From NCBI GenBank assembly GCA_045863395.1, contig BTVJ01000100.1, forward strand, positions 1 to 24,921: DNA of 24,921 nt. The letters run 5' to 3'. Below the pieces are notes generated by a model. The model saw nothing but the letters and a program-made list of their open reading frames with translations. It made no database searches and was not told the origin of the DNA. Positions 15,687 through 24,921 of the stretch are shown in pieces (the stretch's first letter is position 1; each line of letters begins with the position of its first letter). This DNA is from Myxococcales bacterium. Its GTDB lineage: Bacteria > Myxococcota_A > UBA9042 > JABWCM01 > BTVJ01. The translations under genes were made by a program, and so were the position numbers.

Positions 15687-16700
15687 TCACGTGACGAGCT
15701 GGGCGATGCGGCGCCCGATGGCCTCCGGGGGGAGGACCGCCTCGGCGAGCCCCGCGTCGACGGCCGCGCCGGGCATGCCGAACACCACGCAGGACTCGGC
15801 GTCCTGGGCGAAGACGCGGCCGCCCGCCTCCCGCACCGCGCGAAGCCCGTCCAGGCCGTCGTGGCCCATGCCGGTGAGCACGACGGCCACCACCGCAGAG
15901 CCGCTGGCGCGCGCCACCGACTGGAACAGGTGGGTGGCCGACGGGCGAAAGCCGCCGATGGGCGGCGCCTCCGACAGCTCCACGGCGCCCCGCGCGACGC
16001 CCAGGTGGGCGCCGTCCGGGGCGACGTAGACGGTCCCCCTGTGCAGCGTGGCCCCGTGACGCGCCACCTCCACGGGGCGCCCGGCGGCCGACTGGAGCCA
16101 CGCCGCGAAGCCGTCGACGAAGCCGGCGGCGATGTGCTGGACGACGAGTATCGGGGGCAGCGCGGCCGGGAGCGCCGAGAGCAGCCGCTTCAGGGCGCCG
16201 GGGCCGCCCGTCGAGGCGCCTACCGCGATGACGGTGGGGCGCGCGTCCTCGCGGGGCACGGGCGTGACCTGTGGACGGTGCCGGGCCGCGAAGCGCCGCA
16301 CCACCTTCACCTGCGCCATGAGCCGCACCGTGTCCGCGAAGGCGCGGGCCTCCTCCGCGAAGGTGGGGGCACCCGGGCCGCGCGGCTTGGGGACGGCGAC
16401 CAGCGCCCCCGCATCGAGGGCGCGCATGGTGACGACCACGTCCCGCGTGTCGACGCACCCGGAGACCACCACGATGGGGGTCGGGGTCTCGACCATGATG
16501 CGGCGCGTGGCCTCGAAGCCGTCCAGCATGGGCATGTTGACGTCCATGATGACGACCTCGGGGCGCAGCCCCCGGGTCATGGACACCGCCTCCTCCCCGT
16601 CCCTCGCCTCGCCGACAACGGTCATGCCGGACGCGCCAAGGATGGACGCCAGGAGGGACCGGCAGGTGGGCGAGTCGTCTGCAATGAGCACGCGCGTCAT
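15687..16700 (-). CDS. cheB: Chemotaxis REC-methylesterase (CheB/WspF-like)
   Basis: N-terminal REC MTRVLIADDS, catalytic GASTGGP, VQH and LTGMGHDG, plus AQDAESCVVFGMP. Confidence 0.92.
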   Translation of the reverse strand: MTRVLIADDSPTCRSLLASILGASGMTVVGEARDGEEAVSMTRGLRPEVVIMDVNMPMLDGFEATRRIMVETPTPIVVVSGCVDTRDVVVTMRALDAGALVAVPKPRGPGAPTFAEEARAFADTVRLMAQVKVVRRFAARHRPQVTPVPREDARPTVIAVGASTGGPGALKRLLSALPAALPPILVVQHIAAGFVDGFAAWLQSAAGRPVEVARHGATLHRGTVYVAPDGAHLGVARGAVELSEAPPIGGFRPSATHLFQSVARASGSAVVAVVLTGMGHDGLDGLRAVREAGGRVFAQDAESCVVFGMPGAAVDAGLAEAVLPPEAIGRRIAQLVT

Positions 16701-16707
16701 CCCCGCC

Positions 16708-19110
16708 TCACAAGAGCTGCGCGATGGTCGCCAGCAGCTCGCGCTGGTCGAAGGTCCGCTTGACCAGGTATGCGTCTGCGCCCGCGGCGAGGCCCCGGGC
16801 GCGGGCCTCGTCACTGTCGAGCGCGGTCACCAGTACGACCGGAGTCGCGCGGAGGCTCTCCGACTCGCGGATGCGTCGGGTCAGCTCGACGCCGTCCGCC
16901 CGGGGCATCTCCACGTCCGCTACGACCAGGTCCGCGCGGAAGTCCGGCAGGCGCTGCCACGCCTCGGCGCCATCGGCGGCCGTCTGCACGACGAAGCCCG
17001 CCGCCTCCAGGATGCCGCGGAGCAGGCCGCGTGTGGTGGCGCTGTCGTCGGCCACGAGGATGCGCCGGCGGGGCGCGGGCGGCGCCTCCTGGAGCGGGGG
17101 GAGGGCCAGCCCCTGCGCGATGACATCTGGCGCCGACAGGATCGGCGCGACGCGGCCGGTCGGCAGGACCGTCGCGCCGGCGTAGAAGCGCAGCCCCCGG
17201 AGCCGCGGCCCGAGGGAGCGGACGACGACCTCGTGGACCGCGATGGCCTCGGTGAGCCGGACGGCGAGGCGGCGGTCTCCCGCCACGAGCACGACCGCCG
17301 GCCAGCGTGGCTGAGCTACCCCGGCGGGGGGAGCATCGGGCATCGCGGGCGCGCGCCCTGCTGCGGAGCCGGGCGGAGACCGGGGCGCGACCGGGCCCGA
17401 GGGCCGGCCGTCCGTGGCGCCACCCGGGCCCCCGAGGATGCGACCGAGGCTCGCGACTGGGACAGCCTCGCCGAGGACCGCGGCGACCGTGCGTCCAGCC
17501 ACGGTCCTCAGGTCATCCGGGCCCAAGCGCACCAGACGCTCGACGCTCGCGACGGGGACGGCGACCGTGTGCTCGCCGGTCCGCACCAGGAGAGCGCGCA
17601 CCGTCGCCAGGGTCAGCGGGACCGTCAGGCGAACCCGGAGCCCCTCGCCAGCGACGCTGTGGAGCTCGACCGTGCCCCGCAACACCTCGACCCGGTCGCG
17701 CACCACGTCGAGGCCCACGCCGCGGCCCGACAGCTCGGTCACGGCCGTCGCCGTGCTGAACCCGGAGATGAGCACCGCCCGGGCCGCCTCCCCGTGATCG
17801 GCGGGGACGGGCAGGCCCAGGGTGGCCGCCCGCGCCTGGATGCCGGCCAGGTCGAGGCCTGCGCCGTCGTCGGTCACGTCGATGTCCACGTGGTCCCCGC
17901 GAAGGCGGGCGCCGACGGTCACCGTGGCTCGTGGCTTGCCCAGCCGCTCGCGCTGCTCCGGCGGCTCCACCCCGTGGACGACGGCGTTGCGGACCAGGTG
18001 GGCCAGCGGATCGCGGAGCCCCTCCAACACCGCCCGGTCCAGCTCCACCTCGCCGCCGCGCACCACGAGCGCGACGTCCTTGCCCACGGCGCGGGCGGTG
18101 TCGCGCACCACCCGCGCCAGCCCCTCGCAGGCGACCGCGAGGGGCTGCATCCGCACGCGGCGGACCTGGTCCTCCAGGCGGGAGGCAGCCCGTACGAGCG
18201 CCTGCTGGTCGGACCGCAGCGTGGCCTCCAGCTTGTCGATGGCCCCCTCCAGGCGCGAGAGCGCGCGGCGCCCATCGCCAGTCCCAAGGGACCCGGGCCC
18301 CTGGGGTGACTCCGCCCGGTCGCCGGCCCGCTGAGTGCGGAGGGCGCGCACGAGGTCCCGCACTTCGTCCAGCCCCTGCTGCTGAGCAGCCTGGCGCCCG
18401 CGAGCCACCAGCAGCTCCGTGCTCGACGCCTGGAGCTGATCGAGCTTGCTCGCAGGCACGCGCACCAGAGGGTCTGGAGGCTCATCCAGGGCGGCCGACG
18501 CCGCAGGATCGGGCTCGCCCGGCGCGAGGCTCGCCGCAGGCACGGAGGCGCCGGGCGCGCTCGGGCTCGCCTCGACGGGCGCGCTGCTGAGGAGAGGTGT
18601 CGCCTGTGCGCTTCCCGTGGTGGCGCGGGGCGGCCGTCCGGTGACCGGGAGACGCACCGCACGCCCTGCCTGGCGGACCGGGGCCACTCCCGCCTCCCCG
18701 GCGCTCCCAACCCGAGGTGCGTGGCTCGCGGCTGCCTCCAACCGAGGGAGGATGTCCTCCAGCGACGCCCCATGCAGCGGCTGCCCCGCCGCCATGCGCG
18801 CCCCGGCCTCGCGCAATCCGTCTGCGGCGACGAGCAGGAGCTGCACGGTCTCCGAACCGAGCTCCGCCCCATCCCGGGCGGCCGCCAGGATTCCCTCCAT
18901 GTGGTGGCAGACGCGGGCAATGAGGGCGGCGTCGACGGCCAGGGCCGCGCCCTTGAGGCTGTGCGCGGAGCGGAATAGCGTGGCCAGCAGCGGGGACTGC
19001 TCCACGCCGCCCTCCCAGGCGAGCAGATCCCGCTCCAGCGCCGCGACGTGCTCCTCCAGCTCCACCAGGAAGGTGGCGAGGAGCCGCCGGTGCAGGGCGT
19101 CCCGGTCCAC
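16708..19110 (-). CDS. cheA: Hybrid CheA (Hpt-HATPase-CheW-REC; WspE-like)
   Basis: Hpt LFRSAHSLKGAA; HLVRNAVVHG, DDGAG and GFST...SGRGVGLDVV; CheW domain; C-terminal REC ILVADDS...DVEMP. GTG start. Confidence 0.92.
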   Translation of the reverse strand: MDRDALHRRLLATFLVELEEHVAALERDLLAWEGGVEQSPLLATLFRSAHSLKGAALAVDAALIARVCHHMEGILAAARDGAELGSETVQLLLVAADGLREAGARMAAGQPLHGASLEDILPRLEAAASHAPRVGSAGEAGVAPVRQAGRAVRLPVTGRPPRATTGSAQATPLLSSAPVEASPSAPGASVPAASLAPGEPDPAASAALDEPPDPLVRVPASKLDQLQASSTELLVARGRQAAQQQGLDEVRDLVRALRTQRAGDRAESPQGPGSLGTGDGRRALSRLEGAIDKLEATLRSDQQALVRAASRLEDQVRRVRMQPLAVACEGLARVVRDTARAVGKDVALVVRGGEVELDRAVLEGLRDPLAHLVRNAVVHGVEPPEQRERLGKPRATVTVGARLRGDHVDIDVTDDGAGLDLAGIQARAATLGLPVPADHGEAARAVLISGFSTATAVTELSGRGVGLDVVRDRVEVLRGTVELHSVAGEGLRVRLTVPLTLATVRALLVRTGEHTVAVPVASVERLVRLGPDDLRTVAGRTVAAVLGEAVPVASLGRILGGPGGATDGRPSGPVAPRSPPGSAAGRAPAMPDAPPAGVAQPRWPAVVLVAGDRRLAVRLTEAIAVHEVVVRSLGPRLRGLRFYAGATVLPTGRVAPILSAPDVIAQGLALPPLQEAPPAPRRRILVADDSATTRGLLRGILEAAGFVVQTAADGAEAWQRLPDFRADLVVADVEMPRADGVELTRRIRESESLRATPVVLVTALDSDEARARGLAAGADAYLVKRTFDQRELLATIAQLL

Positions 19111-19112
19111 GC

Positions 19113-20759
19113 TCAGCGCCCGAAGCCGGCCAGCAGCTCCTTGAGGCGGCCGCCGAGGGCGTTGAGATCCTGGGCCGCGTGCTCCGCCTGCCGGATGGAC
19201 GACAGCCCCTGGGTGGTCGCCTGGCTGATCGACCGCATGGCCTGATGGATCTGCGCCATGCCCCCCGCCTGCTGCCCTGCCGACGCGGCGATCTGGGACG
19301 CGGCCTGCGCCGACTCGGTGATTGTCTCTGAGAGGGCCCTGATCGTGTCCCCCGCCTGCCCGACGACGTCGATGGCCCTCCCCATGCTGCGGGTCCCCTG
19401 CTCGGCGGCCATGACGGCGCCGTTGGTCGCCTTCTGGATGTCGCCGAGGATCTGACGCACCTGGCCCGTCGCGCGCTTGGACTGCTCCGCCAGGGCCTTG
19501 ATCTCGCTGGCCACGACCGAGAAGCCCCGGCCGTGCTCCCCGGCCCGCGCCGCCTCGATGGCCGCGTTGAGCGCCAGCAGGTTCGTCTGCTCGGCGATCT
19601 CGGTGACCGTCGCCATGATCTCGCCGATGGCCTGGGCCTGCTCTGCCAGCGCCAGGATGCTCTGGGCGATCCCCTCCACCTGGTCGCGCAGGGTGCCCAT
19701 GGCGGAGACTGTCTCCTCCACGGAGCGCCGCCCCGTGCGACCGACATCCGCGGCGCGCTGGGCAGTCTCCGCCACCGAGCTCGCCCGTTGTGCCGCCTGC
19801 CCCGAGGTCTGGGTCACCTGGTCCACCGTCGCGACGGTCTGGGCGACGGCGGCGGCCTGCTCCTCGGCGCCGGACGCCTGCTGGGTCGTGGCCGCCAGGA
19901 TCTCGGCGGCCGCGGCGGCGACGTCGTTCGCGGTCTCGTAGACCGCCTGAATCAGCCTCCCCTTGGCCTCCTCCGCGGCCTTTCGCTCCGTGATGTCGAT
20001 GATCGAGGCCAGCACGAGGGGGTCCTTGTCCATCACCACGGGCGAGAGGCCGATCTCCACGGCAATCTCGGTCCCGTCCTTGCGCCGGGCGCGGAGGTCG
20101 CGCCCAGCCCCCATGGTGCGGGCGCTCGGGGCTGCGAGGAAGGCGGCCCGGAAGGCGGGGTGGTTGGCCCGCAGCCGGTCCGGGAGCAGCAGCTCCACGG
20201 GTTTGCCCACCAGCTCGTCCGCGTCGTAGCCGAACAGCCGCTCCGCCATCTGGTTGGCAAACAGGATCGCGCCCCTCGCGTCGACGGTCACGATGCCGAT
20301 GGGCGCCGCCTCCACGATGAGCCGCAGCCGCGACTCGGCGCGCAGCCGCTCCGAGATATCCACGATGGACGCGATCACGAGCGTCTGCCCATCGACCTCC
20401 ACGGGGCTCAGGCCGATCTCCACCGGAAGCTCGGTGCCGTCGCTCCGCACGGCGCGGAGGTCCCGCACCTTTCCCATGGGACGCGGCGCCGAAGCCTCGC
20501 CGTAGGCGTCCCGGTGGGCCTTGTGCTGGCGCCGCTGGTGCTGCGGGACCAGGTGTTCGACGGACATTCCCCCCAGAGAGCCTGGCTCGTAGCCCAGCAG
20601 GTCCTCGGCCAGGCGGTTTGCGAAGACGATGGACCCCTTCCGGTCGGACGCCAGCATGGCGATGGGCACGGCCTCCATGGTCACGCGGAGCTGCTCCACG
20701 GTCGTCGCGGGCGCCGGGAGGCTCGCTCTCCGCGTCCTCTTCGGCTTGTCGTCAAACAT
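19113..20759 (-). CDS. Cytoplasmic methyl-accepting chemotaxis protein with two tandem PAS domains
   Basis: ATG at 20759 overlaps the cheW stop (TGATG). Two PAS/PAC repeats (FANxxAExLxGY...DGTExxVEIGLSP...DIxER) and the MCP hairpin [30 protein letters not shown]. No TM segment is visible. Confidence 0.92.
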   Translation of the reverse strand: MFDDKPKRTRRASLPAPATTVEQLRVTMEAVPIAMLASDRKGSIVFANRLAEDLLGYEPGSLGGMSVEHLVPQHQRRQHKAHRDAYGEASAPRPMGKVRDLRAVRSDGTELPVEIGLSPVEVDGQTLVIASIVDISERLRAESRLRLIVEAAPIGIVTVDARGAILFANQMAERLFGYDADELVGKPVELLLPDRLRANHPAFRAAFLAAPSARTMGAGRDLRARRKDGTEIAVEIGLSPVVMDKDPLVLASIIDITERKAAEEAKGRLIQAVYETANDVAAAAAEILAATTQQASGAEEQAAAVAQTVATVDQVTQTSGQAAQRASSVAETAQRAADVGRTGRRSVEETVSAMGTLRDQVEGIAQSILALAEQAQAIGEIMATVTEIAEQTNLLALNAAIEAARAGEHGRGFSVVASEIKALAEQSKRATGQVRQILGDIQKATNGAVMAAEQGTRSMGRAIDVVGQAGDTIRALSETITESAQAASQIAASAGQQAGGMAQIHQAMRSISQATTQGLSSIRQAEHAAQDLNALGGRLKELLAGFGR

Positions 20760-21340
20760 CACTGGGGCACCTCCACGGTGAGCAGGGGGTCGTTCAAGAG
20801 AGCAGCCCCATCGAGCAGGGCGAGGTCGTCCGTCACGCCCCACACCCAGCCGCGGGGCAGACCACGGGACGTGGGAGGCCGCAGGGCGGCGGCGCGGACC
20901 GGACCGAGCCCCAGGGCGTCGTCGACGAGCAGCCCGAGCCACGCCTCGGCGTCCCGGGCGCCCAGCACCAGCGCGAGGGCCGTGTCGGCGGCGTCCAGGC
21001 CAAGCTGGGCGCGCAGATCGGCCACCGGCAACACCTCCCCCCGCAGCTCCGCGACCCCGACGAGCCACGCGGGCGCGCCGAGGAGCGGCGTCACGTCGCG
21101 GAGGCGAAGCAGGCATCGGACCCACCTCGCCTCCACCGCCCACTGCTCCGAGGCAAGTCGGAAGCGCACGACGTCCAGGAGCTCTCCGGTTGCCGGCGCG
21201 GGGACGCGGCGCGCCAGGGCCCGGGCGCGCTCCTCCAGACGGCGCCGGGAGGTCTCCGGGCCCGGGTCGAGGGCCTCCAGGGTCGCCGCCCACCCGGCGT
21301 CGAGGCGACGGCGGGCCTGGCTCCAGTCGATGCCGCTCAT
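20759..21340 (-). CDS. cheW: CheW-family adaptor (WspD-like N-terminal extension)
   Basis: [10 protein letters not shown] extension, [26 protein letters not shown] and GLLVD. Confidence 0.85.
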   Translation of the reverse strand: MSGIDWSQARRRLDAGWAATLEALDPGPETSRRRLEERARALARRVPAPATGELLDVVRFRLASEQWAVEARWVRCLLRLRDVTPLLGAPAWLVGVAELRGEVLPVADLRAQLGLDAADTALALVLGARDAEAWLGLLVDDALGLGPVRAAALRPPTSRGLPRGWVWGVTDDLALLDGAALLNDPLLTVEVPQ

Positions 21341-21664
21341 GGGGTCCGTTGGCTGGGGGACAGCAGGGTCATGCGATCCACGGTCCTATCCGAGGGCGAG
21401 TGTGTGCGCCGTTCATGCGATCCGCTCCCATCCACAACAACCACGACCCATCCGGTCTCAGATTCCCACATCTACCCGGTGCTGTGAAGGCTCGCGGCGA
21501 TTTTCGCATTCGATTTCAATAACTTGGAGCCAACCCAGCGAACCATCCGCCTCAGCCCGCGTGTCCCGGAAGGCACCCGCAGCTCCCCTCCACGGCCTTG
21601 GGCACCGCTTCGTCCGCGGCCCGCACCGTTGATTGCCGGCTCGTGCCGTGCATGGAGTGGTCGC

Positions 21665-22021
21665 ATGGTCGTGCCCCCCGAAGAAGCCGCGCGCGCACTG
21701 ACGGAGCGGGCCGGGCGCGGCGCTCTGGAGCTGTCCGCGCGGCGGGACGAGCTGCGGGGCTCCGCGGGCCAGGCGGTGGAGCTGCTCAGGTCGCGCTTCG
21801 GCGCGACCCGCGTGATCCTCTTCGGGTCGCTCGCCTGGGAAGGGTTCCACGCAGGGTCCGACGTCGACCTCGCCGCCGAGGGCATCCCGCCAGAGATCGC
21901 GGACCGCGCCGAGGCGGAGGTCGCGCGGCTGCTTTGCCACCCGGTCGAGCTGTTCCGCCTGGAGGAGCTGCCCGAGAGCTTCCGGCTGCGCGTCCTGACG
22001 GAGGGCGAGGTGTTGCCGTGA
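21665..22021 (+). CDS. Minimal nucleotidyltransferase (MNT/MntA-type antitoxin)
   Basis: 118 aa. RVILFGSLAWEGFHAGSDVDL matches GS-x10-DxD; C-terminal RVLTEGEVL. Confidence 0.85.
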   Translation: MVVPPEEAARALTERAGRGALELSARRDELRGSAGQAVELLRSRFGATRVILFGSLAWEGFHAGSDVDLAAEGIPPEIADRAEAEVARLLCHPVELFRLEELPESFRLRVLTEGEVLP

Positions 22022-22086
22022 GCGCAGCCGACGCCGCTCGGGTGAAGCTGTCGCGGCGACCACATCTACCCCCCACAAGGGTCTGA
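22018..22086 (+). pseudogene. Possible remnant of the HEPN toxin normally coupled to MNT
   Basis: A GTG start overlaps the MNT stop (GTGA), but the frame closes after 22 codons (VSAADAARVKLSRRPHLPPTRV). The call is positional; no in-frame RxxxxH motif. Confidence 0.35.
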
Positions 22087-22212
22087 GCGACGCGGCGCCC
22101 CAGGTCGGTGGACTTCGCTTCCCGCGCCCGCGCCACGATGCTACGCTGCGCTTCGTCGCCAGGATCGCCAGGCGCGAGGCGGTGACCGAGGAGGCTCGTC
22201 GCAGCGGCAATC

Positions 22213-22944
22213 GTGCTGAGAGACCTGGAGCAGCGGACCGCCGCTGCCGTCGCCCACTACTGGCGCACCCTGGCGGCGCAGTCGTCCCGCCAGAAGACCG
22301 GCGACGCGGATCGGGGAAGCCGCGCCGCGGTCACAGGGGGCAAGCAGATGGATGAGTTCTGCGACCTCGTCAACCAGTTCCTCGTGGACAATGGGATGCC
22401 CGCAGTCCACATCTTCACGAGCAAGAAGCTGGAACTACCCGGCTGGTTTCGACCCACCAAGCGCTGGGACATGGTTGTGGTTCACCGGGGACAGCTCGTC
22501 GCGGCTCTCGAGCTCAAGTCGCAGGCCGGACCGTCCTTTGGAAACAACTTCAACAACCGCAGCGAGGAGGCCATCGGCACGGCGCAGGACCTGTGGACGG
22601 CCTTTCGGGAGGGGGCCTTCCTCACGAGTCTGCGTCCCTATCTGGGCTGGGTCATGTTACTGGAGGATTGCGACAGGTCTCGCGCACCAGTGGGCGTGGA
22701 CGAGCCACACTTCCCGGTGTTTCCAGAGTTTCATGGGTCCTCGTACAGCGAACGCCATGAGCTGTTGCTGCGACGAATGGTTCGTGAGCAGCTCTACGAT
22801 GCTGCGGCCCTTGTGACGGCGACGGCTGCCGAGGGACCGAACGGGACCTACACGGAGCCAGCCGGCGACCTGACCATGCGCCAGTTGCTCGCCGGCCTCG
22901 CAGGGCGGGTCGCGGCGATTCTCGCGAGCCGGGGGGCACCCTGA
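22213..22944 (+). CDS. Type II restriction endonuclease, PaeR7I/XhoI family (family members cut CTCGAG)
   Basis: Motifs [20 protein letters not shown] and [23 protein letters not shown]. Coupled to the methyltransferase by TGATG. Confidence 0.9.
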   Translation: MLRDLEQRTAAAVAHYWRTLAAQSSRQKTGDADRGSRAAVTGGKQMDEFCDLVNQFLVDNGMPAVHIFTSKKLELPGWFRPTKRWDMVVVHRGQLVAALELKSQAGPSFGNNFNNRSEEAIGTAQDLWTAFREGAFLTSLRPYLGWVMLLEDCDRSRAPVGVDEPHFPVFPEFHGSSYSERHELLLRRMVREQLYDAAALVTATAAEGPNGTYTEPAGDLTMRQLLAGLAGRVAAILASRGAP

Positions 22945-24620
22945 TGCAGCTTCAGCTCCCACTGCCCGCAGCCTTCTCGAAGGACGCCTACGACTATGGC
23001 TCCCGGACCAGCGGCGACGCACACGGCGTCGTGCTGACGAAGCCGCACATCGTCGATCTCATCCTGGACCTGGCCGGGTACACAGTGGACCGGGACCTCG
23101 GGGCGTTGACCCTCCTGGAGCCCGCGTGCGGCGCGGGCGCCTTCCTTGCCGGAGCCGCCGGGCGGCTCCTGGAATCGGCGCGAAGACACGGGAGGGCGCC
23201 CTCGGAGCTGGGTCCGTGCCTGACTGCGTTCGACGTCGACACGGGCCACGTTGAGGCCACCCGGCGTGCGCTCCGGGGGCTGCTCTTGGACCAGGGCGTC
23301 AGGGGCGACAACGCCGACGCATTGCTTGCGCGCTGGCTCCACGAGGGCGACTTCCTGCTCGCCGCGCTGCCGCCCTTCGACGTCGTCGTAGGAAACCCGC
23401 CCTACGTCCGCATCGAGCAGCTCGCGCCGAGCCTCCAAGCGGAGTACCGGCGCCGGTACCAGACCTTGTTCGACAGGGCCGACCTCTATGTCGCGTTCAT
23501 CGAGCGCGGGCTCCAGTTGCTCGGTGAGGACGGGGTCTTGTCCTACGTCTGCGCCGACCGCTGGACCCTGAACCGATATGGCGCGCCCCTGCGGGAGCTG
23601 GTGACGAGCCGCTATGCAGTGCGGTGTTACGTGGACCTCCACGACGCGTCGCCGTTCGAGTCCGAGGTCATCGCCTACCCGTCGATCTTCTGCATCGGCC
23701 GGCGTCCGGGCGCCGCGGTCTCCGTGGCCAGGCTCACGACCGCGAGCGCAGACGAGAGCGGAGCCGCCTCGCGGGCGCTGCGGGGGCTCGAGGCGGCCGG
23801 GGTGGACATCGCCGTCTACCCGACGTGGTTCGAGGGCAGTGATCCATGGGTGCTGAACAGCCCCGCCCACCTGCGGCTCCTGCGCGACCTGGAGGCCCGC
23901 TTCCCGGCGCTGGAGGACTCCGGCGGGACCCGCGTCGGCATCGGCGTCGCCACCGGCGCCGACGCCGCCTATATCGTGGACGCTTCGGCGGACATCGAAC
24001 CGGACCGGCTGGTGCCGCTGGTCATGCGCGAAGATCTGCACGACGGGACGGTGCGTGACGCCGGGCGCTTCGTCATCAACACGTTCGGCGAGGACGGGAA
24101 GGCCATCGACGTCGGCTGCTACCCGCGTCTCGCGCGGCACCTCGACCGCTTCGCCGTCGTTCGGCGCCGGCACGTCGCGCGCAAGAACCCGACCCACTGG
24201 TTTCGCACCATCGACCGGGTCTACCCCGCCCTGGTGGGCACCCCCAAGCTGCTCGTGCCCGACATCGCCGGGGCCAACGAGGTCGTCCACGAGCCGGGTC
24301 GCTACCACCCGCACCACAACCTGTACTTCGTCACCTCGGACGAGTGGGACCTGGAGGTGCTCGGCGGCCTGCTCAGCTCACGCATGGCCCTCTTCTTCGT
24401 ATGGTCCTACGCCGTGAAGATGCGCGGGGGCTACCTGCGCTTCCAGGCGCAGTACCTGCGGCGCATCCGGGTGCCGCGGCCAGCCGACCTGGGCGCCGGC
24501 CTGGCCGACGCCATCAAGGCCGCCTTTCGCGCGCGGGACTTCCCCCGCCTCGACGCCCTGGCAGCCAGTGCGTGGGGCGTGGAGCTGCCTGACTTCGACT
24601 TCGTAGACACACGGAGATGA
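22944..24620 (+). CDS. N6-adenine DNA methyltransferase, gamma class (M.PaeR7I/M.XhoI/TaqI-like)
   Basis: Motif [11 protein letters not shown], motif [23 protein letters not shown] and a C-terminal [14 protein letters not shown] target-recognition region. Confidence 0.92.
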   Translation: MQLQLPLPAAFSKDAYDYGSRTSGDAHGVVLTKPHIVDLILDLAGYTVDRDLGALTLLEPACGAGAFLAGAAGRLLESARRHGRAPSELGPCLTAFDVDTGHVEATRRALRGLLLDQGVRGDNADALLARWLHEGDFLLAALPPFDVVVGNPPYVRIEQLAPSLQAEYRRRYQTLFDRADLYVAFIERGLQLLGEDGVLSYVCADRWTLNRYGAPLRELVTSRYAVRCYVDLHDASPFESEVIAYPSIFCIGRRPGAAVSVARLTTASADESGAASRALRGLEAAGVDIAVYPTWFEGSDPWVLNSPAHLRLLRDLEARFPALEDSGGTRVGIGVATGADAAYIVDASADIEPDRLVPLVMREDLHDGTVRDAGRFVINTFGEDGKAIDVGCYPRLARHLDRFAVVRRRHVARKNPTHWFRTIDRVYPALVGTPKLLVPDIAGANEVVHEPGRYHPHHNLYFVTSDEWDLEVLGGLLSSRMALFFVWSYAVKMRGGYLRFQAQYLRRIRVPRPADLGAGLADAIKAAFRARDFPRLDALAASAWGVELPDFDFVDTRR

Positions 24621-24921
24621 CGGATCCTCGTCCCCGTCATGGATTGGCAGCACGGGTCCTCCCTCATCGACCGGGAGCACGGAGCGCTCCTCGGGCTGGA
24701 ATCATGTCATGGTTCATCCGAGCATCCTGCGGCGGAAGACAGAGCGGGTGCTGCGCCGCGCCGACAGTCAGGAGACTCACAGGGTCAGCAACAAGCGTGG
24801 GCGCGGCCCTCATGCGCCGAGTTCGCGGCGGATCGGCATCGGCCACCCCCGCGGATGTACCTCGGATACCTCCCGGGGTTGGCCGGGGCCGAGCCGCCCG
24901 AAGGCGGCCATGAGGGGCGTG

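Noticed and set aside
21498..21528. AT-rich patch considered as a dif/Xer or att site
   Set aside because: Does not match the XerD arm TTATGTTAAAT with correct spacing; no tRNA or integrase nearby.
24617..24921. ORFs downstream of the methyltransferase (24617-24913, and a frame open from ATG 24639 to the window end)
   Set aside because: Atypical codon usage, no recognisable domain and truncated context; cannot be supported.

Overview
High-GC bacterial DNA. The gene repertoire (ECF/anti-sigma/caspase cluster, Cys-rich lipoproteins, Wsp-like chemosensory operon) suggests Myxococcota or a related deltaproteobacterium; this is inference only. Left to right: the 3' end of a Pro/Lys/Ala-rich gene; a hyaluronan-synthase/NodC-like GT2 coupled to an orphan MlaC-like protein; an overlapping ECF sigma / zinc (HxxxCxxC) anti-sigma / exported caspase-family protease triplet; a secreted four-Tudor-like-repeat protein; GNAT plus M20 amidohydrolase; a RecQ-family helicase; a lipoprotein behind a near-consensus sigma54 promoter; a beta-helix carbohydrate-active lipoprotein; a creatininase-family enzyme; a minus-strand cheW-MCP(PAS-PAS, soluble)-cheA-cheB-REC/HK operon with no cheR; an orphan MNT antitoxin whose HEPN slot holds only a 22-codon ORF; and a PaeR7I/XhoI-family type II restriction-modification pair. 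I saw no rRNA, tRNA, CRISPR array or transposase. The best candidates for an under-described system are the sigma/anti-sigma/extracytoplasmic caspase module with shared Arg-Gly motifs, and the cheR-less Wsp-like pathway with a soluble FixL-like double-PAS receptor. All family calls come from motif recognition by eye; no database search was run.
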